The translations under genes and the position numbers were made by a program. 64,000 nucleotides of DNA from an uncultured virus (IMG/VR IMGVR_UViG_3300044796_000330) (taxonomy: Duplodnaviria > Heunggongvirae > Uroviricota > Caudoviricetes), in IMG/VR virus record IMGVR_UViG_3300044796_000330; one strand, 5' to 3'. Of the stretch, positions 48,337-57,697 are shown piece by piece. Positions within the stretch are counted from its first letter, which is position 1, and every line of letters starts with the position of its first letter. Under the pieces are notes generated by a model that saw nothing but the letters and a program-made list of their open reading frames with translations, was not told the origin of the DNA and did not search any database.

Positions 48337-48568
48337 GTAAGAAAACACCAAAAGATCGCTCTCTTAAACACTACAAGAAACTCGTCAAAAACGGTTGGAA
48401 GCAGAGCGAAGAGAAAAAGCGTGGAGAAGATTTCTGCGAACTTTGTGGTGGAGATTTATTCGATGATGACGATGCCATGCGTGGCGACGAACAACATCAT
48501 TATTTCGGCGATTGCATCAAGAATTTGAAACTCAAAATAGAGGAACTTACCGAGGTTGTATGCAATAA

Positions 48569-49240
48569 ATGAACTATGAACTAATCAAAGCAGCTGATGG
48601 TGTGTATTGGACAAAGTTTGATAGCGGATATGATCTCTCGATGACATATCTCAGATATCAAGAACACTATGAAAACTCTTCGGAACGTTTCCGAGGAAAA
48701 GCTTTCACCATCCTCGACTTTATGGAATATTACGCCAGGAATTTTGGCAACGGAGTTTTCTCCTACCCGCAGGATTTCAGCGGCTACAACCTACCTTCGC
48801 ATATCATCGAAAGTGTTATTGGAACAGGCATCCCCGACCCCAATAAATACGATACAGAGATGCTCAAAATTCACCACCAAATAACCGACAGACGGTATTA
48901 TTTGATTGGTTCCTGCAGAGAGAATATAGACCCTCACGAATTCGCCCACGCCACCTATTTCATTAACGGGGCTTACGCCAATGAGATGGATGCTCTCGTT
49001 AAGGGTATGGACAACAAAGCATACGATCAGATGTGCAATTTCCTAATCAACCTCGGATACGGCGAGAACGTTTTCGACGATGAGATGCAAGCTTACCTTT
49101 CCACATCTTACAAGTTTGGCATCAAGGGCAACAAGAAGGATGTGGATTGGCAAAAGGCATCTGCTCCGTTCAAAGCCGTGTATCGTAAGTATAACGGGGA
49201 CAATAAGATGTTGGAGCGCTATTGGAAGGAGATTGGATAA
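48569..49240 (+). CDS. HExxH zincin-like protein
   Basis: RYQEHYE..GYNLP..HEFAH..DEMQAY. Confidence 0.6.
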   Translation: MNYELIKAADGVYWTKFDSGYDLSMTYLRYQEHYENSSERFRGKAFTILDFMEYYARNFGNGVFSYPQDFSGYNLPSHIIESVIGTGIPDPNKYDTEMLKIHHQITDRRYYLIGSCRENIDPHEFAHATYFINGAYANEMDALVKGMDNKAYDQMCNFLINLGYGENVFDDEMQAYLSTSYKFGIKGNKKDVDWQKASAPFKAVYRKYNGDNKMLERYWKEIG

Positions 49241-49608
49241 TGAGCAAGGAAGACAAAACAGTTGCGCCAGTGAAGCTTCGTAAAGATTCGATCGAGATCG
49301 GGCAACCTTTCTCTGATTATTATCGAGTCAGCGTTCCTGACTTTATGGAAGATCTTGATGGTATCAAGAAAACCGTTCAAGACGAATTGGCAAAGAGACC
49401 AGAACTAATCGATACAGAGATAAAAGTTAGCATTAAGAACGGTTATTATGATGACAAACATATCGTGTTTCATTTGGTTGGGCAACGTCCTTATACCGAT
49501 GAGGAAAAAGAGCAAGAAAAGAAAAATGAAGAGCGGCGCCTGCAATGGCAGCGTGCTGAGTATGAGAAATTGAAGAAGCAGTTCGAGGGCAACGAAAAAG
49601 CAAAATGA
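49240..49608 (+). CDS. hypothetical protein
   Basis: C-terminal R..TDEE..AEYEKLKKQFE. Confidence 0.55.
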   Translation: MSKEDKTVAPVKLRKDSIEIGQPFSDYYRVSVPDFMEDLDGIKKTVQDELAKRPELIDTEIKVSIKNGYYDDKHIVFHLVGQRPYTDEEKEQEKKNEERRLQWQRAEYEKLKKQFEGNEKAK

Positions 49609-49667
49609 GAAGCATAATCATTGCGCTATTGTGTTTTGGTATGACATCACAAGCGTATTTGGTGGGC

Positions 49668-49699
49668 AAGAGCAGCTCGTAGCTCTATAAATACGAGAC
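49668..49699 (+). repeat. dispersed 32-nt element copy 3 (predicted H-type pseudoknot)
   Basis: Identical to 35298-35329. Confidence 0.85.
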
Positions 49700-49735
49700 T
49701 ATCACGGGAAAACAGACGCAGAGATCACGTAAAAT

Positions 49736-49765
49736 TTGACGAGAAGCAGTAAAATGGCATACATT
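49736..49765 (+). promoter_or_regulatory. possible sigma70-type promoter
   Basis: TTGACG-18nt-TACATT before helicase. Confidence 0.5.
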
Positions 49766-49772
49766 GTAATAG

Positions 49773-51203
49773 ATGGTGCCGAAAAAAGAACGAGAATGGA
49801 GCGAATATCAGAAGGCGATATTTGCAGATGTTGCCAATCCTAATGGCGGAAATACTGTTGTAATTGCACGAGCAGGCAGCGGCAAGACTTCCACCCTGAT
49901 TGAAAGTATTCGCCACATTCAAAACAAGAAAGCAAAGATCTTATGTTGTGCATTCAACAAATCGATAGCAGTTGAGCTGGAAGAGCGAATTGGAAAGTCT
50001 TATGTAGATGTTCGAACTTTACATTCTCTCGGTTTCTCTACAATCAAGAAGTGTTTTGGAACAGTAGCAATCGATCCAGCGAAAGCCCAAACGATTATAC
50101 GAAGCACTTTTGATCCTGGCTATAAATGCTACGAAGAATTATTCTCATTAGATAAGGCAGTTTCTCTGGCAAAATCAAATCTCGTCGATACCCCAACAAA
50201 AATAGACGCGCTGCTTGATGACTATGATATAGTTCCAGCGGATTTGACACGTGATGAATTCATCAAACGAGTTGTTAAAGTGCTCGGACTTTGTAGAGCA
50301 AAGAAAGATAGCGTTAATTTTGATGATATGATTTGGTTTGTTTGTTCGTATGCCCTTCCAACTCCGAAGTATGATTACGTGTTTGTTGACGAGGGGCAAG
50401 ATCTTTCTCTGTCGAGATCTCACGTTGCTCTTTCAAGCGTTGCGAAAAATGGACGCTGTTTCGTTTATGGAGATCCGGCGCAGGCAATATATGGTTTTGC
50501 GGGTGCGGACGAAAGAGCAATTCCAAATCTGATCAAAAAGCTCGATGCAAAAACATTACCGTTGCCAGTAAGTTATCGTTGCGCCAGATCTATCATTAAG
50601 CTTGCTCAGTCTATCGTTCCAGATATACAACATTGTGATACCGCAATAGAGGGGAAAATCAGCTATATCAACGAAGATCAACTGATTGAAAAGGCTAAAC
50701 CCGGTGATTTCGTCATATCACGATTGAACGCGCCGCTCGTAAAGTTTTGTATGGAGTTCATCAAGAACAAGATACCAGCAAATGTATTTGGGAGAGATAT
50801 TGGCGCCAATCTAAAATCGCTCATCAAGAAATCGAAGAAGAAAGAGCTTAAAGCGTTTCATACTTGGCTCGATAAATGGCGTGATGATGAGATTGCTCGA
50901 CTTGTTGAGAAGCACCGCAGCACGGAAAGCGTTATGGATAGGCACGAATGTCTGATGATGTTAAGTGAGGACGCGAAGAATGTTGCGGACATTGAGAAGA
51001 ATATAGATGACTTGTTTGCCGATAAGGACGGTGATAGTATAGTTTGTTTTGTGTCAGGGCACAAATCCAAGGGGTTGGAGCGAAAAAACGTATTCCTACT
51101 GAGAAAAACGTTTCGTCCCAATTTGTCCGAACAAGAGAGCAACCTACTATATGTTGGATTTACGAGAGCGAAAGAGCACCTGTATATAGTGAATAAGGTG
51201 TAG
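49773..51203 (+). CDS. UvrD/Rep-family SF1 helicase
   Basis: ARAGSGKT, AFN, TLHS, VDEGQD, GDPAQAIYGFAGA, SYRC, HKSKGLE, LYVGFTRAK. Confidence 0.92.
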   Translation: MVPKKEREWSEYQKAIFADVANPNGGNTVVIARAGSGKTSTLIESIRHIQNKKAKILCCAFNKSIAVELEERIGKSYVDVRTLHSLGFSTIKKCFGTVAIDPAKAQTIIRSTFDPGYKCYEELFSLDKAVSLAKSNLVDTPTKIDALLDDYDIVPADLTRDEFIKRVVKVLGLCRAKKDSVNFDDMIWFVCSYALPTPKYDYVFVDEGQDLSLSRSHVALSSVAKNGRCFVYGDPAQAIYGFAGADERAIPNLIKKLDAKTLPLPVSYRCARSIIKLAQSIVPDIQHCDTAIEGKISYINEDQLIEKAKPGDFVISRLNAPLVKFCMEFIKNKIPANVFGRDIGANLKSLIKKSKKKELKAFHTWLDKWRDDEIARLVEKHRSTESVMDRHECLMMLSEDAKNVADIEKNIDDLFADKDGDSIVCFVSGHKSKGLERKNVFLLRKTFRPNLSEQESNLLYVGFTRAKEHLYIVNKV

Positions 51204-51270
51204 TGCGGCACACTTGTAATCGCGTAGCCTGCCGTTCGTTCGGTTTGGTGTGTTTTGTCGCGTCAGCCAC

Positions 51271-51299
51271 TTGACAGGTGAGCTGCCAATGGATACATT
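51271..51299 (+). promoter_or_regulatory. sigma70-type promoter
   Basis: TTGACA-17nt-TACATT. Confidence 0.75.
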
Positions 51300-51354
51300 T
51301 ATCCATTGGATAGAGCCATGTGCCACAAATTATAGTTCCAAACTGAAGGACACC

Positions 51355-51651
51355 ATGACCACGAAAACAAATACCGATGAAAACAAGCTTACACGTTCAA
51401 AAGAGCGTGTTCGTGATCTTGGTGAGGTTTTCACACCGGATTTCCTGGTTGAAAAGATGCTTGATTTATTCCCAGAGGATGCTTGGGGCGAGGATAAGAA
51501 TTGGTTAGAGCCAACTTGTGGTAATGGCCAATTCATTTTGGGGATTCTTAGACGTAAGTTATCGAAGGGGCCTTTTCAATGTATAGGCCAGAAATATTCG
51601 ATGTTGCGCCCGTTAGTGGCTCACAAACATTGGATGTCGTATAGAAGATAG
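51355..51651 (+). pseudogene. truncated DNA methyltransferase N-terminus
   Basis: RVRDLGEVFTP..LEPTCGNGQF (motifs X/I), then similarity ends; no NPPY-type motif IV. Confidence 0.55.
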
Positions 51652-51660
51652 GTTATCGCC

Positions 51661-52008
51661 ATGTTCTCATTCTTCAAGCCAAAACCAAAAACCAATCTCC
51701 CTCCTCCGAAGGTTTTCAATCCTGAAAACGTATTCCGTAAAATAACCGAAGCAGATGGCGCAAATGCCATGGTCGCACTGATGCCAGAAGAGGTTTCTGA
51801 GTTATCGGAACACCTATATGCCTGTGATTTTGTTCCAGTCAATAACATGACTGACGCGCGTGAGCTGCAAAAGCGAATCAACCTGGCAATTGGGCAACTT
51901 CACTCCCTTGCCAATGAGCACCGCCACCGTCGTAATGGGGCTCCTTTTGCTGAAATTGACGACGACGATCTTGAGGGGATCATTAATATGCTCAAGGGAA
52001 CACTATGA
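51661..52008 (+). CDS. hypothetical protein
   Basis: ORF coupled to next gene. Confidence 0.5.
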   Translation: MFSFFKPKPKTNLPPPKVFNPENVFRKITEADGANAMVALMPEEVSELSEHLYACDFVPVNNMTDARELQKRINLAIGQLHSLANEHRHRRNGAPFAEIDDDDLEGIINMLKGTL

Positions 52009-52847
52009 AACGCTCTGGCATCGAACTTCTCAACGCCCGCACTCGCAACGCCAACATCGCTCGCGAGACCATCGCCATAATCAAACAAGGCTCCTACGCC
52101 TCTCCAACCGGCGCCCAAATCGATATCTCTGAGACCACCACAAACGCCATCAAGAACACAATCCTCTACGATAAACCTCTCCCCAAAAAGGAATACACAG
52201 CAACAAAGCCAACCATAGAAGTCCTCAACGAAACTACCGCACAAGCTGCCACAAGACTTCTCTCCTCCGGTAAAGACAATATCGTAGCTCTTAACTTTGC
52301 CGCTGCTCGCAACCAAGGAGGAGGCTTTTTAAATGGGGCATCAGCACAGGAAGAGGACTTATGCAGATGCTCCTCGCTATACTCTTGTCTAAAATCCAAG
52401 CCTATGTTCTATAACAAGAACATTCTATGCAATGACCCTTATTACACGAACGACATTATCTACTCACCAAAAGTTCCGTTCTTCCGCAATGAACACAATC
52501 TCTTTCTCGAAGAGCCATTCCTCCTTTCCATTATCTCATCTCCCGCTCCAAATCTTTCTGGCGCAAGACCAGAAGGATTGCAAACCCTACTAAAAGGTAT
52601 TCTTCGCGAACGAGCTATGAAGATATTTGAGATTGCCGAAGCTCACGGGCACAAAACGCTTATTCTCGGAGCTTGGGGTTGCGGTGCATTTGGCAACAGT
52701 CCCGCTATGGTTGCCGAAGCATTTAAGCTTGCCATGCAAAAAGTTCCCACCTTCGAGCACATCTGTTTCGCTGTGTATGATACACGAGAGCCTCCGGTTT
52801 TATTTGAAACATTCAAAGCGGCATTTGCCAACCACTCGCTGACTTGA
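52005..52847 (+). CDS. bacterial-type poly(ADP-ribose) glycohydrolase (TIGR02452/DUF2263)
   Basis: LNFA..GGGFLNGASAQEEDLCR; IYSP.V.FFR; LILGAWGCGAFGN. Confidence 0.9.
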   Translation: MKRSGIELLNARTRNANIARETIAIIKQGSYASPTGAQIDISETTTNAIKNTILYDKPLPKKEYTATKPTIEVLNETTAQAATRLLSSGKDNIVALNFAAARNQGGGFLNGASAQEEDLCRCSSLYSCLKSKPMFYNKNILCNDPYYTNDIIYSPKVPFFRNEHNLFLEEPFLLSIISSPAPNLSGARPEGLQTLLKGILRERAMKIFEIAEAHGHKTLILGAWGCGAFGNSPAMVAEAFKLAMQKVPTFEHICFAVYDTREPPVLFETFKAAFANHSLT

Positions 52848-52873
52848 TAGAAACCACAACACATTAGACCACT

Positions 52874-53098
52874 ATGAAACCAGCAGCAGGAAAATGTTCG
52901 TGTCTTAAACTAAACCATTTCAAATGGGGTGATCTTGTTAAGGTTGTGTATGTTGAGAAAGGCTGGGATACTCTTAATGTAGGAGATGTTGGAAGCGTTG
53001 TGGGAATTTATTATGGATCAAATAGGTTAGAAGTGAATATCAGTGGATATATTCGCGTTCTTTATCCTCAGCACATAAAGAAATACAATGACAAGTAA
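52874..53098 (+). CDS. small SH3-like protein (GKCSCL family)
   Basis: Tandem paralog 1 of 4. Confidence 0.65.
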   Translation: MKPAAGKCSCLKLNHFKWGDLVKVVYVEKGWDTLNVGDVGSVVGIYYGSNRLEVNISGYIRVLYPQHIKKYNDK

Positions 53099-53309
53099 GG
53101 GAAAATGTTCTTGTTTGCAGGTAAGCGACTTCACTGGTGGTGAGTACGTGGAGGTTGTGTATGTTGCCATGCCGCGGTGGGGCGCAACGGTAGGTGATGT
53201 TGGCTATGTTATGTGGGTTCATAGTGATACGTTATATGTTCCTGTCGATATTTTTGGACAATTGGTATATTTTCTTCCCCAAGAACTGAGGAAACGAAAT
53301 GTTAGGTAA
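53088..53309 (+). CDS. small SH3-like protein (GKCSCL family)
   Basis: Tandem paralog 2 of 4. Confidence 0.65.
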   Translation: MTSKGKCSCLQVSDFTGGEYVEVVYVAMPRWGATVGDVGYVMWVHSDTLYVPVDIFGQLVYFLPQELRKRNVR

Positions 53310-53511
53310 ATGCTCTTGCTTAAAGGCTGATTCATTCAGAGTGGGCGATCGTGTAAGGGTTGTCTATACAGGTGGATTACGCGACAACGTTAAGGTTGGC
53401 GACTATGGTATAGTAAAGTCTATATGGACTAATGGATGTATTGGCGTAAGTATTGACTTTCAAACTTTTTGGAAGATTCTACAACCACAGAATTTAGTTC
53501 CCGTTAGATAA
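53299..53511 (+). CDS. small SH3-like protein (GKCSCL family)
   Basis: Tandem paralog 3 of 4. Confidence 0.65.
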   Translation: MLGKCSCLKADSFRVGDRVRVVYTGGLRDNVKVGDYGIVKSIWTNGCIGVSIDFQTFWKILQPQNLVPVR

Positions 53512-53519
53512 GTGAGAAA

Positions 53520-53777
53520 ATGAAAACAGGAAGATGTTCGCGATTAAAAATATGCGATTTCAAGGTTGGCGACCTCGTGGAAATGGTCTATCTATTGCCA
53601 GATGTGAATTGGCGATGTAGTGGATACGATGATGGCACATCATTTGAGATTGGCGACACTGGTGTAGTGCGTTCAATTTACCATGAACTACTGAACGTCA
53701 AGTTTTATGGCAAAGGGCACGCTCACGTTCGCCCGGAACAGATACAAAAATACAAACATCCGGTCGTTAGTTGTTAG
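53520..53777 (+). CDS. small SH3-like protein (GRCSRL variant)
   Basis: Tandem paralog 4 of 4. Confidence 0.65.
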   Translation: MKTGRCSRLKICDFKVGDLVEMVYLLPDVNWRCSGYDDGTSFEIGDTGVVRSIYHELLNVKFYGKGHAHVRPEQIQKYKHPVVSC

Positions 53778-54007
53778 ATGCCGCGAAGAACATCAGCCGC
53801 TTTAAGTGCCAACGCTGCGGCTCGTCTTAATCTTGCAATTGTGCGAGGATTGCTTTCATTTCTCGCCTCATAGGTCATTTTACCCGCCATAAGCGCTAAT
53901 TTGTGGCCTTCGTTATACCAATCGGTGCGACCAAATATGCCACCGTCATCATCGAATGCACTGTCATAATAATCGGCAAGTTTGATGATTGCACTAATAT
54001 CGGCCAT
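53774..54007 (-). CDS. small hypothetical protein on the opposite strand
   Basis: SAIIKLADYY N-terminus resembles those of 39981(-) and 62864(+). Confidence 0.55.
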   Translation of the reverse strand: MADISAIIKLADYYDSAFDDDGGIFGRTDWYNEGHKLALMAGKMTYEARNESNPRTIARLRRAAALALKAADVLRGI

Positions 54008-54034
54008 ATTCCAATGCCAAAATATTGGCGGGAC

Positions 54035-54063
54035 TTGACATCGCCTCGCCCGATGACTATGCT
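54035..54063 (+). promoter_or_regulatory. sigma70-type promoter
   Basis: TTGACA-17nt-TATGCT. Confidence 0.8.
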
Positions 54064-55327
54064 ATGCCACGTGGGGCACACGGCGCGAGCCCGACGCCCC
54101 TCGGCGACGAGCCTCCCCATAATTACAACCAAATGGCATTTGATCTACGACAAACAACTCGCGCTTACATCGAAGCGATTCCTGGCAGCTTCGTCTCATT
54201 CCTATACATCCAAGCAGATATCCTCGATACAATCGCCAACGAGTGGAAAGCTGTTGGTAAGTTCAAATGGTATAACGTTCTTGGTGCCTCTGCGCTTAAG
54301 ATTCGCTCGATAGCTGAAGAGCTTTCGATTATATCCTCTGAGCACGACAAAGAAACTGAAGAAACCACAAAGTAATGTCATTGCAATCTATGCGGCAAGT
54401 ATGCCGGGCTGTAAGAGAAGACCCCGATATCTTGGTATCGGTTGCCAACTATTGGCGCAGAAATAGACTTGATACTCTTATCAACAACACACCAGAGGGT
54501 TTTGGATATAGAGTTGCAGAATACGTTTTCCTTACCCCATCGACTGTATTAACCATGAAAGAGCTGCGTATCATCGGAATGAACGCCGCAAAACAAACCA
54601 ACTGCCTGGATATGCTGTATGTAGGCCGATGACCAGTAAAGGATCTTATGCACTCAACATTAAAGATTTGTGCCGTTTCCTACACAAACACAAAATCAAC
54701 ACAAGAAAACTTGTGATTTCATATAGGTTTTATTCTGACCAGGAATTTGGGTGGTTTTGTGCGTCAAATCTGTTTGTCGATCCCGACATTAGTTTTTATT
54801 CCGAAGAGCTTAAAACGATAGGTCGGAACATTCACGTTGCTTACGCGGAGAAGTAGGATTATGGAATATACGCAAGATCTGAACAAACTCAAGAAGGATT
54901 TTTGTAGATGGCTATCCGCCAATAGCCATGAGGTTAAGGGAACCATAAACATATACTCATCGGTGTCCAACAGAAAACGATACAGTTGTAGTGATTTTGC
55001 CAAATCGTTGTTCTACTCTTCGGCGGAACATGCGCGGTTCAAAGCCAAGACAATAGATAGCAACCAATACTACGCGATGAAAGGGCTTATGCGTGCCGAT
55101 TTTGATCGGATCGGCAGGGTTGTGGCCGATGCGTATAGATGCAGACACATCTTCAAAGAGTAAGCGCCTATGAAAAACAAAATCTACGAGGTCGTGAATT
55201 ATCTTGTTGGGGTTGTTGCCCTATACATCATAGGATACAGCTATATGTTTTACAGTAGGGTTGGTAATTTTGTGGCGGGGTTTCTGCCAAAGAAAAAGAT
55301 CGAAGAAAAGGTTAGGAAGAAAAGCAA

Positions 55328-56074
55328 ATGACAAAGCAATGCGTCTGTTTCGGTGGTGGAGAAGTTGGCGGTAATAATCCGTGGAACGATCTCTATGTAA
55401 TTGCACAATCGCAAAAGAAGCTTCCAAAGGTTTGCCTATTGCCTACTGCTTCGTCTGACAACAGAGGGCTCATCAACTACTTTATGCAATCGTATGATAG
55501 ATACCCTTGCGTTCCTTCCTATCTCGAACTATTCTCACCGAGTGTGCGCGATCTTGAAGGGTTCATTATGGATCAGGATATTATCGTAGTGACTGGCGGC
55601 CAGAGTAAAAGTATGCTTGGTATATGGCGTGAATGGGGCGTCGATAAATATCTGAAGAAGGCCTATGATAACGGAACGATTATGTCCGGTGGTTCTGCGG
55701 GAGCCGTTTGCTGGTTCGAAAGTTGCATAACAGATTCATTTCCAGGCGCTCTTTCCGTAATGCCAGCGCTTGGTTTTTTGAGCGGTTCGTTCTCTCCTCA
55801 TTTTTCAAGCCAAGAAAGACGCTCCACATACCACAAGTTCCTCGCGTCAGGTGAGATTCAGGCGGGCTTTGCCGCTGATGACGGTGCAGGCCTGCACTTC
55901 GTCGATGGCGAGCTTCTCCGGGCGATTAGCGCCTATCCTCACGCCCAAGCCCACGCCCTCAGAGTCGTCGATGGCGCCTCAAGGCGAGATCCAATTCCAA
56001 CCGCTTGGCTCGAAATGCCGGAAGCTCAGGATGAGCTTATTTGGAAATCGAAACCGTTCTCTAACGAGCAATAG
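55328..56074 (+). CDS. peptidase E (S51) family
   Basis: LPTAS.D; VTGG; GGSAGA; PHF; ADDG..LH. Confidence 0.88.
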   Translation: MTKQCVCFGGGEVGGNNPWNDLYVIAQSQKKLPKVCLLPTASSDNRGLINYFMQSYDRYPCVPSYLELFSPSVRDLEGFIMDQDIIVVTGGQSKSMLGIWREWGVDKYLKKAYDNGTIMSGGSAGAVCWFESCITDSFPGALSVMPALGFLSGSFSPHFSSQERRSTYHKFLASGEIQAGFAADDGAGLHFVDGELLRAISAYPHAQAHALRVVDGASRRDPIPTAWLEMPEAQDELIWKSKPFSNEQ

Positions 56075-56082
56075 ACTCACCA

Positions 56083-56817
56083 ATGACGATGCTGCTTATC
56101 ATAACTCCAAACAACGAGGAAAGCTCCAATTCGGTTGAGGTTTATGCCAGGCAACTTGGTTGGGCTGTTCATAAAGCGTCTCCAACTGGACGAATTCCGG
56201 CTATACTGCAAGGTCTGCCCGGAACCGTATATGGCGAGCCTATTTTCTGCGAAATTGTGGCGGCTCAAATGGGCTGGCATTTGCACAAGAATGATATCCA
56301 CTGGATCACAACTTTGCCAAAACCATTCGTTAAGAGAAACATCGTCGTCTCTGATGTGAAATTTGCACGAACAATCAGAACACCGAAATTTATTGCACCA
56401 ATAGATTGTGGGCTTTTTGTTCCCAAGGTTTATCAATCAGGCAGCGATCTTCCTGTCGTGCATTCAATAGAAGACAGCAAGGTAATCATATCTGATATCG
56501 TTGATTTCAGATCAGAGTATCGAGCTTTTATTAAGGGCAGGGAAGTTGTTGCTGTGTGCTGCACGAAATACCTTAAACGAGCAACAAGGCAAGTTAATTG
56601 GAACGAACACGGAGATGTGGTTGCAACATTCGTCAATAGCCTTTTAAGGGACAGGGATGTGGCTTGTGCGCCCGGAACAGTTATTGATGTGGGAATGACA
56701 TATAGTGGGTCTATGCTCATCATCAAATCTTCTCCCGCATGGACAACTAAACTTCACGGTTGCGAACCAGCAGCAGCTCTCGATGTGATGCGAGATAGTT
56801 GCGAAATGTTAAACTAA
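56083..56817 (+). CDS. ATP-grasp-fold protein (DUF4343/R2K-like), apparently degenerate
   Basis: LP..FVKR.I, SEYRAFI, VIDVG, AW..LHGCEP; expected KP and ExN replaced. Confidence 0.6.
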   Translation: MTMLLIITPNNEESSNSVEVYARQLGWAVHKASPTGRIPAILQGLPGTVYGEPIFCEIVAAQMGWHLHKNDIHWITTLPKPFVKRNIVVSDVKFARTIRTPKFIAPIDCGLFVPKVYQSGSDLPVVHSIEDSKVIISDIVDFRSEYRAFIKGREVVAVCCTKYLKRATRQVNWNEHGDVVATFVNSLLRDRDVACAPGTVIDVGMTYSGSMLIIKSSPAWTTKLHGCEPAAALDVMRDSCEMLN

Positions 56818-56836
56818 CACAGGAACTCAGAATAAA

Positions 56837-57697
56837 ATGGCAGCAGGAGACTACACGCAGATTGTCAAATTTCTCGAACACATTGGATCTCACAGACCCA
56901 AGAAGTTCCCGAAATTCTTCTACTACAAATCAGATCTTGTCTGCCTTGTGTTGGCAAACAAGATGTTTGACTTGCCAATTGTTCTCAATCGATACAAGAA
57001 CCACGATCATCTGTTCATTCAGTTCGATGCGAATGAAAAGACAGCGTTGTTCTATGCTTTTGACATAAGGGAATATACAACAGGAGAGCACTGCAATGAG
57101 GAGCACGGCGCGATAGATTGGAATACGATAGAGAACTCCTTTATGCGGTTCCTAAATATGAATCTCAAGGAGCTATCAAGTTCCTCGATGCCGTATTCGG
57201 ATGTTGCCGGAACAACCGGAAAAACATCAACGGTCAAAACAGAATCACAAAAAACATATGGACCGACACCAGCACCCATGTATGAGCACGTGTATGGGCA
57301 TCATCGTGGATACCGTAGATATGCTGCTCATGGCCAGCAGTCTAATTACGGATACAATTTCAACTCGGATACCTACAAGCAGAGATGTGCCTTCACTGAT
57401 AAATTGGAAGCATATTCCAAGGAATACAAAACATCCGCGGCCACGGAATTCATTAGTGTAGAGATGTCTAAGCTAATTGAGGACAAGAATTACGATGTAA
57501 TCGATGCGATTTTCAGATATGTATTCATTGACAAGATGAATCTTCTAACAATGAGGGCAATGCTTTCGAGCACCTCGTCGCTCACAAAATCTCGTGGGAG
57601 AGATGAGTTTCTCGAAAAGTTCAAGACATATGTGAATAAAGTGAAGCCATCTATGGCTAATGGTATATTGAAAGGTATTGAACAAGCAAATGTTTGA
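56837..57697 (+). CDS. hypothetical protein
   Basis: 286-aa ORF. Confidence 0.6.
   Translation: MAAGDYTQIVKFLEHIGSHRPKKFPKFFYYKSDLVCLVLANKMFDLPIVLNRYKNHDHLFIQFDANEKTALFYAFDIREYTTGEHCNEEHGAIDWNTIENSFMRFLNMNLKELSSSSMPYSDVAGTTGKTSTVKTESQKTYGPTPAPMYEHVYGHHRGYRRYAAHGQQSNYGYNFNSDTYKQRCAFTDKLEAYSKEYKTSAATEFISVEMSKLIEDKNYDVIDAIFRYVFIDKMNLLTMRAMLSSTSSLTKSRGRDEFLEKFKTYVNKVKPSMANGILKGIEQANV

Noticed and set aside
52005..52560. G-poor, C/A-rich stretch in the PARG gene
   Set aside because: Impression only, not quantified; compatible with local codon choice
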